Source: Sphagnum compactum (lineage: Eukaryota). Taken from it: a stretch of DNA of 64,000 bases. The DNA lies in the NCBI GenBank assembly GCA_965153455.1, contig OZ234493.1:24232213-24296212 (forward strand). The letters run 5' to 3'. The position numbers and the translations under genes are program-made. Position 1 is the first letter of the stretch; every line of letters begins with the position of its first letter. Shown here in pieces: positions 11,827-23,129 of the stretch. The notes beneath the pieces are model-generated. The model saw only the letters and a program-made list of their open reading frames with translations. It searched no databases and was not told the origin of the DNA.

Positions 11827-14800
11827 ATGGATACTGTGGCACGGGCACAGGTGTTGTTGACAGCATGGGATTCCAGCATGAGCCAGGCGCGGCGAGATCG
11901 AGAATCTATCTGGCACCAGTATGAGGTCGACTGTCGTGCTGAAGATGTGGATTTCATGGCATCGGAACGTGCTCATCGGCACGAGGATACAATGATGCAG
12001 GAGAAGAGGCTACAGTAAGAGAAGTCGCCGCAACTTTAGTAGTAGTAGTAGTAGTATCTACAATTGGTTTAGTAGTTGTGGTTTTCTTTGGTTTTCTGGT
12101 TTGGTTTCCAATGATGAAATTCTTTCAGTATCGTTCATCTTGTGGTTGTTCTCTTCGATTTCAGGTGGAGAATTGAGGATATGGAGCAACGCAACCTGGA
12201 AAACGCGCGAGTGTTGTGGCTCAGGTAAGTGATTTTTATTTTTTTTCCATCTTGTACTGGGAAGCCTTTTTTGCTGTCACTGCGGCTCCTCTTCCTCTTG
12301 TCACATAGTGACAGGCCGAGTTATCTGTGGTGTAAATTCAGGTTTGTTGAGAAAAATCGGAGAGATGTTGAGGAGAAGACGGAACAGTTGAAGGCTATTT
12401 CCAATCTAGCAGCTCTGTTTGCAGGCTTTGCAGTTGTCACCTTGACACAGTTCAATATCGATGACTCCTCCGACTCCTCGTTCTGGAATGAGCCTTCCAC
12501 AGTGGTATCAGACTGTTGCTCCACCCGCCAAAATTCTTTGTTTCTGCAATCAGAACTACACTTCTGATGTCTATGGCCAGATGCTAGGTTCATCGAGTGA
12601 CATCCCATGCAAGTTGACCTTGACATTTACCTGTCTTGAACCAAGGATTGTACAGAGAGCCAGTAAATGCCCACACAGGATTGTTTCTCTTGTCTTGCCA
12701 GATTGCTATTTTGTGTCTTTGGTTTGTGTGATTTCATATCATAAAGGTACTGTGATGCATCATTGAGGGAGCCTGGTCTAATATATGTGTGTTCAACCAT
12801 TTTTCTCATGTGTCAGGTTTTGGTTGGTTTGTATGGAGTTCTCACTGCCTTAGTGGTAAGATAGTTTGTCTCTTTCTATTGCATAGACAGATCATTATTA
12901 GGAACAAGTTTTTTAGCTGTTTTTAACTGCTCACATCTTGATGGTTTGGGTAATGCATTAAACAGGACTCTTAAACATAATACTATTGTCTGCCTTGTTG
13001 TTTCACACAGGAAGGTCTAATGACAATATCATTGGTGACATGCACACTCATACTGGGGAGCATCCTCAAGATAGGAAAGTTATATGTTAATGAAGATGCA
13101 GAAGAGGAATTTATATTTGAGTGTCATAAATTCTGTCACAACTTTCAAGAAGGGGATCGGCCCCCTTGCCCCAAGCGCACCTTGGAAGCTTTCTGGGAAT
13201 TCAGGTAATACTTTTACCTTGTAGCAGAGATTAGGAGGTCCATGGAAGCTTAAAGGCTTGTTAGTTCTCCATTATGTAACTACAGCTCCGATGGTACAGC
13301 TGATCTCAACAAACAAGAACACATATATCTTATTGTTCAAGTTCCTCTGTTATGTTGATTGTGTGCAAATGTTCTGTGAAGATTGGTGATGTGAGACTGT
13401 TCCTTTGGCAGATGTGAATCAAGCTGGCAGCGAGCCTTCCTGTGCTTCTCTTTTGGTAAGCACGGCAATTACAAACCAGGAAGTATCAGATCAATACACA
13501 GTGTCATTACTCATTGATCACACCACTCAGTGACTATGTAGGCTATGCCCATCTTTTGCACTTGCCACACAGCCAAACATGTCTCAATATATGTACTCTT
13601 ACTCTGACTTATTCTGGTGTGCATGTCATATGAATACAACTGTGCACAAGATACAGAGATACAAAGAACTGCACATAAAGCAGCTCCCTCTTTTGCAGCC
13701 TTTTTCCATCTTGAGACATACATGTGGTGATCTCTATTTGTAGTCTGATTACTGCAAAGCATTCTGCTTCTGGACAATAACAATTACAACTCTGTGCAAT
13801 AGAACTGTCTTTCAGTTGATTACTCAGTGGTGTGGGCTAACAAAACACTTGCATGGATCTGTGGTGTAGGTGTGTGTGCATTTGTCAGTAGTCTTGTGGT
13901 GATTGGGTATGTCCTTCCTGAGCTTCATTTCGCTGTGTGTCTCCCTCTGTTTCCCCACTGGGCATGCAGTCCTTCTTCTCCTGCTTGAAGGGGGTGACAG
14001 GGTTTCTGCAGTTGCAGCCTTCTAGCTGTCTTCATCTGTTTTCAGTCTCATATCTTGCATTCAAATAGATAAATTTACCTGCATGGGAATTCCTAGAGTG
14101 CAAAGTGCCAGCAATACCAGTGAATAGTGTCAATCCTGGTCTAAAAGTTTCTTTCTGCATTTGTTTTTGGGCTCATAGCACCTAGTTGTCATGATGATAC
14201 TCTTCTGTCTTCTAGATACCTTTCTACCATCTAAGCTAAGACAGATACATAAATTGATGCAAGTTTTTCTGGATGCAGATGGGTGAAGTACCGTGCAAGA
14301 TCAGTGCTGACCGCAGGACTTTTCATAGCCATCTGTGGCATTTCCATTTTAGTCTGGTGCGCCCATGCAAAACTATACTTCCTAAAAGCTTTAGGCCCTT
14401 GATGAGAGGTGGTGAAATTTCTGGAACTCTGATAGGGCAGGCATTACACAGATTAATTCTCCATGCTCAGGACTCATGTCATGTTTCTTAGCTTGTCATG
14501 ACTTCATCGTGACCCAGTATGCATTGTTCTACTATTGTGACTTTGATCAAAATGTTCAAAAGCTCAATGAACCTCAGAAAGGAGATTGGCCGAACCAGTA
14601 CTGGAAACTTGGTGTTTAGCTGTGCATGATATCACAAATAAACTGACATTGTCAGTAATACTGCATACTCCGTGAGACTTTACAATTGTGGGTGACTTTA
14701 TTCCATCTTTGACACTGTTTTTCCTGCTGTATTCACTTGTGCAGGATGGCGATCCAATACTCATGGAGCAAGTTTATGCAATTAAGGCGTCTAGGTGGTG

Positions 14801-14889
14801 GGCTCAATCATGTAGCTACCTACACAATCAGTCCAGATGGACTCCCCTTTGATTGGTATCTCGCTCCTAGTTTTTGTCAGACTCGTTGA
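11827..14889 (+). CDS. Orai/CRAC-family (Orai-1 domain) membrane channel homologue, ~315 aa, 9 exons
   Basis: Exons: 11827-12014, 12165-12224, 12342-12504, 12817-12855, 13011-13204, 13412-13455, 13870-13906, 14279-14356, 14745-14889. All introns are GT-AG; total 948 nt, in frame. TM1 LKAISNLAALFAGFAVVTLTQFNID aligns without gaps to Orai1 [25 protein letters not shown]. TM3 ends IGWVKY (Orai1 LCWVKF). Four hydrophobic segments. Confidence 0.88.
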
Positions 14890-17594
14890 GCTACATCACA
14901 GATGATGTTACCATTCACACTAAAGTAAAGCATCTGAGGCAACAGTACAAGGATGGATGACCAACCGAGACTTCTGCTGCTGCAAGCACGTGAGCCCATC
15001 TCTGTGAGGAGGCAGTAGCTGTGGTGATCAGAAAAGGCTCTCAGTTACTGGCGAGTGTTAGTCTTGTTTTGAAAAACCAGTTGCAGTATATCATATACCC
15101 TCTTTGACAATTGTCTGGAAGCACAGAAGCAATGCAGGATGGCAGTGACAAAGGCTGGTTTTTGTGCTTTGAGGTGGCCAGTACAAAGTGGCTGCTGGTG
15201 CCTGAATGTCTTCCTGCTATACAGAGGGAAAATTCTTCATTGTGAGAGGAGTTTGTCCCTTGAGAACAAACTCTTCAGAGTCCAGTTCGCAGCTCTTGAT
15301 GGGTCTTCTTCAACCATGCCTGTTCACAATTTGTGCAGCATCTTTGATGCAGTCTCAGGGATTGTCGGTTTTGTGTGACAAATGTTTTCCTAGCAATTTT
15401 TGTGGGAACATAGACACAAGTGTGGAGTTTAGTGTATTGACGGGAGTCCAGGCTCCCTTGACTTCTTCTCAGATCAATCATGAAAGCTTCAAGGCGGTCT
15501 CTCTGCCCTCTTTGAACAGTGTTGTCTCCTTCTTGAATGCTAACCAAACCAGCATCTGAGAAAACAAGCTCATGCATGGGATAGTTAAAGGGAGATCTTT
15601 GTGCATGTTTTGATTTCTGAAATGAGAGCTTAATTTTTTTTGCTTACAGGATTCTGATTTGTAGAAGGTCTTGTGGGTCTGCAAGCTTTCAACTCTCCTG
15701 TATTATGTTGCTCTCATTTTGCTTCTTGTAAATGAGGCATGCACAGTCTTGGTGATGAAGTAAAACATGAATGTGAATGTCTTCGAGTTTCAAGAATGTT
15801 CAGGGGAGTGGGCTGGCTGGATAAATCTTCCTGATAAATCTGGTCACTACTTGTCAAAACAACTTGCTTGACACCATTCTGCAACTATCATTTCAGTCAG
15901 ATGATTGCAGAACCAAGGAAGAGCAGTGTCAGTTTGTAACAAAACTTAAAGATTTCCTGACATTTTGTGACATTGAGAATGAAGGTTGCAGGAAAAAACA
16001 AGGAGCATTCTGTAGTGTTCAAAGTCTCAGGGATTCAGTTTGAAGAGATTCTTGCCAGGAAAGTTGGCTTTGAAAATGTGGCACTCTGGAGTCTTGAGGC
16101 AATTCATTTGTGTAACTGCTGCAGGTTTACCATGGCAGGCAATTGGATGAGCTGGAGCTAGCTTAAAAACGGTGCTCTTCCCCTCGAGAACTAGGTACCT
16201 GTATTTGTAGCACTATTGTTTTTGTAGCACCCCTATTGTTGCATGAAAGAATTCAGTAAATGTAGTTATAAACCTATGAGAGAAATGACTTTTCATTATT
16301 TCGGTGAAGGAAATAAACCCTTTTTGCAGGAGGATGTGGATGGCCTTGTGAGATTCAGTTCTCCATAAACTTATCACAGCTTCTTTGAGACTCATCAAAA
16401 TTGCTGTTGAATTACAGGATTTTTCTACACTGTATCTTGGAGATCTGGGAGGAGGAACAATGGCAGAGTCTGTAGTGGAAATTTTTTCAGTGTTTTGCAG
16501 GTATGTGTAAATGGAGATTAGTTCATATTGTAAACAAAAAAGAGACCGTTTTTCTATGGTTGGTTGAGGGCTACCCTACCAACAAATATCTTAACAACCG
16601 TAAGCTTGTGGTTATGCCAATTTATGTATGTGATGAGTAAACTTTGGAAAGGTGCATGAAGATGGTCTTCAAGGAGTGGAACTTGAGCAATTTCTCTGTG
16701 TGTGCCATCCTATTATGGTGTTGTATTGTTGTTGCACATCAGCAATAATTTGATGGATCCTGGAGGGATTGGGTGGTTGGTTGAGTTTTAAGGTAGGATT
16801 TTGTTGGAAGCATTTGAAAGGGCTAATTGAGTAAGGATTTGTGTTTGGTTGGGAGAGGAGGGTGGTGAGTGATCATTGGAGCATTAACTTTCTCCTGCTC
16901 AGGTGCATTCTGCTAGGTCATGGTATCACAAGCAAACTGCAAGGCACAAAGATTAGCAGCTCAGCATCAGCAACATTTGCAATGAGGAGTTCAAAAGCCA
17001 TGGGAACCTATCAAAAGGCCTAGTGCTGTGACCACTTGTGTTGATTCTTTTCCTACTGGGTCCTTCACCAATTTCTCCATCTCAAACCCCAACTGTTTGA
17101 ATTACTATCCTGCATTTCGAAACTTGCTTCTTGCTTGATTGTCAGAAACTTTTCAAGCAAGAACATGTAATGTTGTTGTATTTTCTCAGGCAACCCCAAT
17201 GCATGTTGGGAGTGTTGCAATTTAGAGTGAGCAGTTTGATTATTTATTTGAAAATTTTGAAGTATTGGAGCTGTGGAAATTCTCCACAATCTCACAGAGT
17301 TTTGATATGTTGTATTGCAATTCTTGGGTGTATTGTTGGTCTATCGCACAAAGAATGAAGAAGGATCTGTTACCAATCTCTATGTAGGATAGAGCTCTGT
17401 ATAGTAGGTGCCTCAATGCAATTTGAGAGGTGCCATAGAATTTGCTTCAAACTTGCTAAATATTTTTCCATCTCTCTCTCTCTCTCCTTTCCAATACTGC
17501 AATCCTTTTCTTGAAGGTGCACTGGAAGCTATTGTCAATCTGAGAATAGAGTCTGTATCCTTTCAGATGGATGGGTTGCCTGAAATTATTGCTT

Positions 17595-17990
17595 TGTCTT
17601 GGTACTTCCATAGATCTCTTTGGATAGTTGAGCTCTGCTGCACTGATCAGGGATGTTTGCTTGTTGATTTCATGCTCAGAATGCTCAAGTGCATTGCTTC
17701 AAACTTGTGGGTCACATGCTTTTTCTTGGTACTTCCATAGATCTTCTACAATAGTGAAGCTCTGGTGAACTGATGAGGGATGGTTTGCTTGTCTGTTTCA
17801 TGCTCAGAAAGCTCATGGTTTGTTCGCCTCAACCTTGTCACATGCTTTGTCTTTGTACTTCCATAGATCTTCTTGGACAGTGGAAGCTCTGGTGAAGGAG
17901 TGATGTGGGATGCTTGCTTGTTTGTTTCATGCCCAGAATGCTCATAGTTTGTTTGTTGCCTCAAGCTTGTGGAAATTGCAAATGTTTTCA
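17595..17990. repeat. ~130-bp degenerate tandem repeat (about 3 units)
   Basis: 'gtacttccatagatct...agctctg...tgcttgt...tttcatgc(t/c)cagaa' recurs at ~17602, ~17729 and ~17855. Confidence 0.8.
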
Positions 17991-19594
17991 TAGGTTGCTT
18001 CAGATCTTTGTCTGCACCATCCACTGCTGCTGCGGGGCAGGCTAGAAGAATCATAAAGCTTTGGTATGCACCAGTTTCTTGCTGCATCTTGTTGCTTGAT
18101 TTTGTTTGCTTTGGTGTGCACCAGTGTTTCTCTCTCATCTTGCTTGAATTTGTTGGGACACTGCAAGGAAGGAGTTCTTGCTTGCTGCAATTTGTCTCTC
18201 TAGTCCCGTGTCGTACATAAGTGCATTGCAAACAGTTAATGAGAAATTTTTTCTCTGAGATTCTGTATGTAGTAAGTAGGTCGTTGGCATTGCTGCCAAA
18301 AAGATCTAGGAGAAGGAAGCAGTTTGTTGGAGATCCATATTGCAAGTTGCAACCTCCTTCTGCAAAGCTTTTTTCTTGCCACAAGGGGGAGCAGCAGAAG
18401 CAGCAACCGGAAGGGAGGGAGTCAGGGACTCAACTCGCTCATCACCATTCAGTCAACAGCAGCCAACCATGACCTCATCAGTCAATCATGACCTCATCAT
18501 TCTTTCCATCATTCTAGTGTGTTTTTTCCGGGATTTCAAATGGGAAGAAAATCCGGAGAAAATGGTGGGAAGAATGCAAATCATACGGAGAAAATCTGGA
18601 GAAAGAGATGCGAAGAATAGATGGAATTAGGTAGTATTGTGAGGAAAATTCACGGAATAGGTATTGATTTGGTCGGCTCCCTCGGCTCCGTGGGCACGAG
18701 AGCCGAGGGCACAAGAGAGAGGGAGAGAGAGACACAGAGCGGGCAGGAGGAGAAAAGAGGTGAGTACCGCAGCAGCAGAAGCAGCAACAGCTGCAGTTGT
18801 CATGTCCCTGTCTTCTCTTTGTTGTCAGTCTAACAGACAACCCAGTTGACAGATGATGCCTCTCTCTCTCTCTCTCTCTCTCTCTACAATCGCAATTTGC
18901 TGCCACCCAATAACAACAACAACCTTCGGATCCCAAAGCAAAGCAAAACAAGTCAAGCATCGATTCTTCGCCGGCCTGGAAGTGAGGCGAGCCGCGATCA
19001 ACAGCTCAGCTCTGGATGCTAGTCGCGCTCTAGCTAGCTAGTTTTTGTTTTCCTTTCTCTCTTCTTCTACATCTCGTGTACTGATTACTTGTCAAGTGAA
19101 AAGATTATAAGAGAATCCGAGGTTTGGTTTTGCGCTTCTGCTGCCGTGCTTTGTGTTTTTCAGCAGTTTTTTTTCTTCACTTAAGTTGTTGGAAGCTGCG
19201 GTTGGTTGTTTCTTATTTGGGTTTTGTTTCTGAAGTTTTTTTTTTGTAGAGCTTCTTGGTGAGAGGAAGGAATGAGAGTTTTGGGAAGAGAATCAACAAC
19301 CCTTGCGGAATAAGCTGCGGGGAAAAGAAGAAGAAGAAGAAGAAGAAGGAGAAGAGGGAGAAAAAGAGGAGGAGAAATGAGGGCTGGAGATGTTGGGTTT
19401 TCGGAAAGGTGCACATTTCTCTTGCTGTCGTCGTGCATTGGATTCTCGGTATTCCGGTCCTCCTTCTGTTTAGTAGCTTGGAACAACGTCACTGCACATT
19501 AGGACAGCAACGAGAAGGAAGGAAGGAAGGTCGAGAAAGGTCGAGAAAATAAGAGAAGGTGGGGACGGGAGAGAAGGGGGGTCGGAGGTGAGAG

Positions 19595-22500
19595 ATGGGG
19601 AATTACATGGCCTGTATGGGATCCAAGCAGAAGAAGAAGAACTCGAAGTTGAATATGAGCGGGATGCGGAGGAGAGGACCACTGGAGGACGAGTTAATCG
19701 AGCAACAAGCGTTAGCCATGGCCTTGCACCAGCAGCACAAGGCACAGCTCAGATTTGAACGCAGCTTGTCGAACCGTGACCCAGCCACAGCACCTCCACG
19801 CCGCAGTTACTCAGGCAAACCCAGTAGCGGCAAACTAGAGTACACACGCAGCGCAAGCACTCGCCCTCGACATTCCAACGATCTTCTCATCGACCCTCAG
19901 CAGCTTCTCAATGGCACTCGGGTATATACTTCTTCTTCCTCCTCCCCTCTTCTTCTTCTTCTTCTGACTCCCCAGAGAAATGGTACGCCTCTTCTCCCAC
20001 CCATCTGCACCAACAAGCTCCTCCTCATGTACATGGCCTTGGAAGCACATGAGCAGAATTATTTCTTCCTTCTCCCACCCATCTGCACCATCAAGCTCCT
20101 CCTCCTCATGTGTGGGGCCTTGGAAGGACATGAGCAGAATGATGATTTCTTTCTTCTCCCACCCATCTGCACCAACAAACTCCTCCTCCTCATGTGCATG
20201 GGCATTGAAGCAAGCACATGAGCAGAATGATTGTTTCTTTCTTCTCCCACCATCTGCACCAAGCTCTTCTTCCTCATGTGCATTGGCCTTAGAAGCAAGC
20301 ACATGCGCTGAATGTCAATGGTTTCTTTCTTCCTCTTACTATCACACCAAGCTCCTCCTCATGTGTGGCAAGGAGGAGGCCTTCTTGGAGCATATGAGCA
20401 GCTCAAAAGAACCAAAATTGCAGAGCATCAATTGAAGAATCTCTTTTGCACATGCATGTTGCCAATTCCATTCCTGATTCTAACTTCCAAAAGCATTTCA
20501 TTCACAAAAGCCGCCAGTTGATACCAACCATAGTAAGCAAGGGTTTTTGTTTTGGAGAGCTTGACAAAACCAATATTACCCATTTGCAGCTTGACTTTTT
20601 CCATCTCCACAAGTCCTTTGCATGGTGCATGCACCTGTTGTGGTTTGGGTGCTGCAGGCTTAAGCTAGCTGCTTGGACTACTTTTTGCAGTAAAAGTGGC
20701 ACATATTGAATTGTGTCTGTCTGGTGCTAGAGTTGCAAGCGTTGCATCTCAACAACCATGGTTGATACTTGATTACAGCTAAGGTGGACGGACAGATATG
20801 AGTACAGTTTGGATTTGATGAAAGTGCAAAGTAAAAAAAGCTCAGGTGTGGTGTGACCATTTAGGTGAGTTGTTGGGAGGATGATTATACTCTTTGCAAG
20901 TCAAGTGGAGCTGAAATTATATAGGTAGTTGTGTGTGTTGTGCTTTGCAGGAAGGTTTTTTGGCGGCAACTTTGGAATCGAAGCACTTTGTTCTGGTGCA
21001 TGGAGGGGGACTTGGAGCATGGTGTTGGTACAAATCAATTGCATTGCTTGAGGAGTCAGGATTTGTAGCTACAGCTGTTGATCTCGCGGGCTCTGGAATC
21101 GAACCCACAGATCCTAATCAAATCACAAGCTTAGCCCAGTATGTGAAACCTCTTGTGGAGCTTCTGGAAAACTTGGCTGGCACCGAGAAGGTACTGCTTT
21201 GTTTTTTAGGATTTTTCTTCCCCATTGCATATCTGTTGCATGAATGAATGTATCAATGCGTTTTCTGTATTGCAGTTGGGAAGCTTTACTCCTCAGAAAT
21301 CCAAGGGTATTAATCTCCCAAACTACACAGCTACTCCTCCTTTGGAATCAACCTATCATCCTAGCCTCTTTTGTGTATGAAGGTGATTTTCAGTAGTAGT
21401 TGGATCCACAACTGTAAGTTGCATCATTTTGAGTTGTGAGGGAGATTGGATTTGCTGATTGTTGTCATTAGGTCACCCTGGAACAAATCAGGTTTTTCTC
21501 CAGTCCTCAAATTCAGAGTTTTCATTGTCAAGAGCAATTGGACTTGTCATCAGAAACTGAAAAGATGGTCAATCCTTCCATTCTCTACTAGCATCATTGC
21601 CAATGATCGCTAAAGCACTAGCAATGAGAGCTTCAATGACATTAGTGTTATGTAGGGTTTTGAGATTATATAAAGTGCCACCTCCCTCCTCCCTCCCCCC
21701 TGAAAATGGAAAAAGGATACATCTAGATTGTCAACAAAGTGGAGCTTACTGGATCCTTGACCCTTTAGGGTTTTTGCCTTCTTTTGGAAGTGGTCACCTT
21801 CTAAGTGCATTACCAGGAGCAATGCCATTGGGCAACACTCCTAACACTTGACACCCAGGTACCCATAAGTTTTTCAGTGACCAGTTGATGTCTACTATAT
21901 CTGGGTTGGATATAGTAGGTAACATCTAGCATGGCCCTAATTGTGAATTGGCCCACAACTATTTGCAAGGTGGCAATGTGTCCTGACTGTTTGGGCTATT
22001 GACTTGATGCTTTAATTGCCCAGATTTAGCTGCAGTTCAGCAGCAAGAATTTTTTTGATGTGAAATTGGGTTTTCTTAGGGATCAGTTTGTTACACAATG
22101 AAAATCTGTGATCAGCCAATTTTTTAGGACTTGGTTGGTCAGGTCAAGGACTCCAGTTCAAACAAACCTGGTGATGAGGGACTGCAGGTGATTTTGGTGG
22201 GCCACAATATAGGAGGAGGCTGCATATCTTATGTCATGGAGTGCTTTCCAAACCGGATTGCTAAGGCCATTTTTGTTGCAGCATCAATGGTTTGCACTGG
22301 TCAGCGAGCGTTTGATGTTTTTGCCAAGAAAGTAAGTTTCCTTTGTTTTCAAAGGACAACTAGCAGAACTGCAACTCACATGACCTTCAAAAATTTGGTA
22401 TTTAGCTTCTGAAAGAGAGTTTGAGCAAGAGGTTCTTAAGTAAGTGAGGGGTTTGACCTGATTTGGGATTGTGAGCTTTTGCTTTAGCAGGAGAAAAGTG

Positions 22501-23129
22501 AAGAAGATCTGATGCCAAAGGCACAGAAGTTCATATATGGAAATGGAAATGCAAGTCCACCAACAGCTGTTGAACTTGACAAGAGCTTGGTTAGAGATCT
22601 GTTCTTCAATGCCAGCCCAGCTAAGGTATTCCAAGTGCTTTCAATCAATCACTGTTCTTCCTGCCAATTTGCTGAAGTCCTGGGTTTGATCTAGTTACCT
22701 CTAATTGTGACAGCAGAGTCAGAGGTCAGTGCATATATCCAGATTGTGTTGGCTAAAGTGGCAAAAGTATGAAAGAACCTTTTTTGGTTAGTGCATGTGG
22801 ACTTGGTGGATATCTGAGACATGTGATGGTGAAATTGATGACCACAGGATATAGCACTAGCAACAGTTTCAATGAGGCCTATCCCTTTTGCACCAGCTAT
22901 GGAGAAAATCACCTTGACACCTGAAAACTATGGGCGTGTGAGGCGGTTCTTCATTGAGACAACTGATGACCAAGCCTTATCTCCTGCTGCACAGCAGAAC
23001 ATCATTACCCAGAACCCTCCACAGCAGGTTTTTAGCTTGAAGGGCAGTGATCATTCCCCTTTCTTCTCAAAGCCACAGTCCCTGCATAAAATTTTCCTTG
23101 AAATTGCTCAGCTTGAAGCTAAAGAATAA
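19595..23129 (+). CDS. Methylesterase (MES/SABP2-family) alpha/beta-hydrolase, MES11/13/15-like, with N-terminal extension, ~375 aa, 5 exons
   Basis: Exons: 19595-19921, 20951-21190, 22188-22331, 22491-22625, 22848-23129 (1128 nt). Motifs: HFVLVHGGGLGAWCWYK, DLAGSG, VILVGHNIGG, ETTDDQAL, GSDHSPFFSKP. Confidence 0.93.
19985..20400. repeat. Intronic ~80-bp tandem repeat (about 5 units) in MES intron 1
   Basis: 'cttctccca(c)ccatctgcacca..aagctc(c/t)tcctcatgt...gaa(g/gc)..catgagcagaat' recurs at ~19990, 20070, 20153 and 20241, with a degenerate unit at ~20330. Confidence 0.9.

Noticed and set aside
15139-15684. Overlapping ORFs downstream of the Orai stop
   Set aside because: No recognisable domain or consistent exon chain; most likely 3'UTR.
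17746-18384. 212-aa minus-strand ORF
   Set aside because: Partly produced by the 130-bp tandem repeat; non-ATG start; no domain-like composition.
18800-18860. TGACAAC/TGACAG words reminiscent of miR535/miR156 (also GA-rich tract at ~55830-55880 vs miR529)
   Set aside because: Only the first few bases match the mature miRNAs and no complementary star arm is visible.
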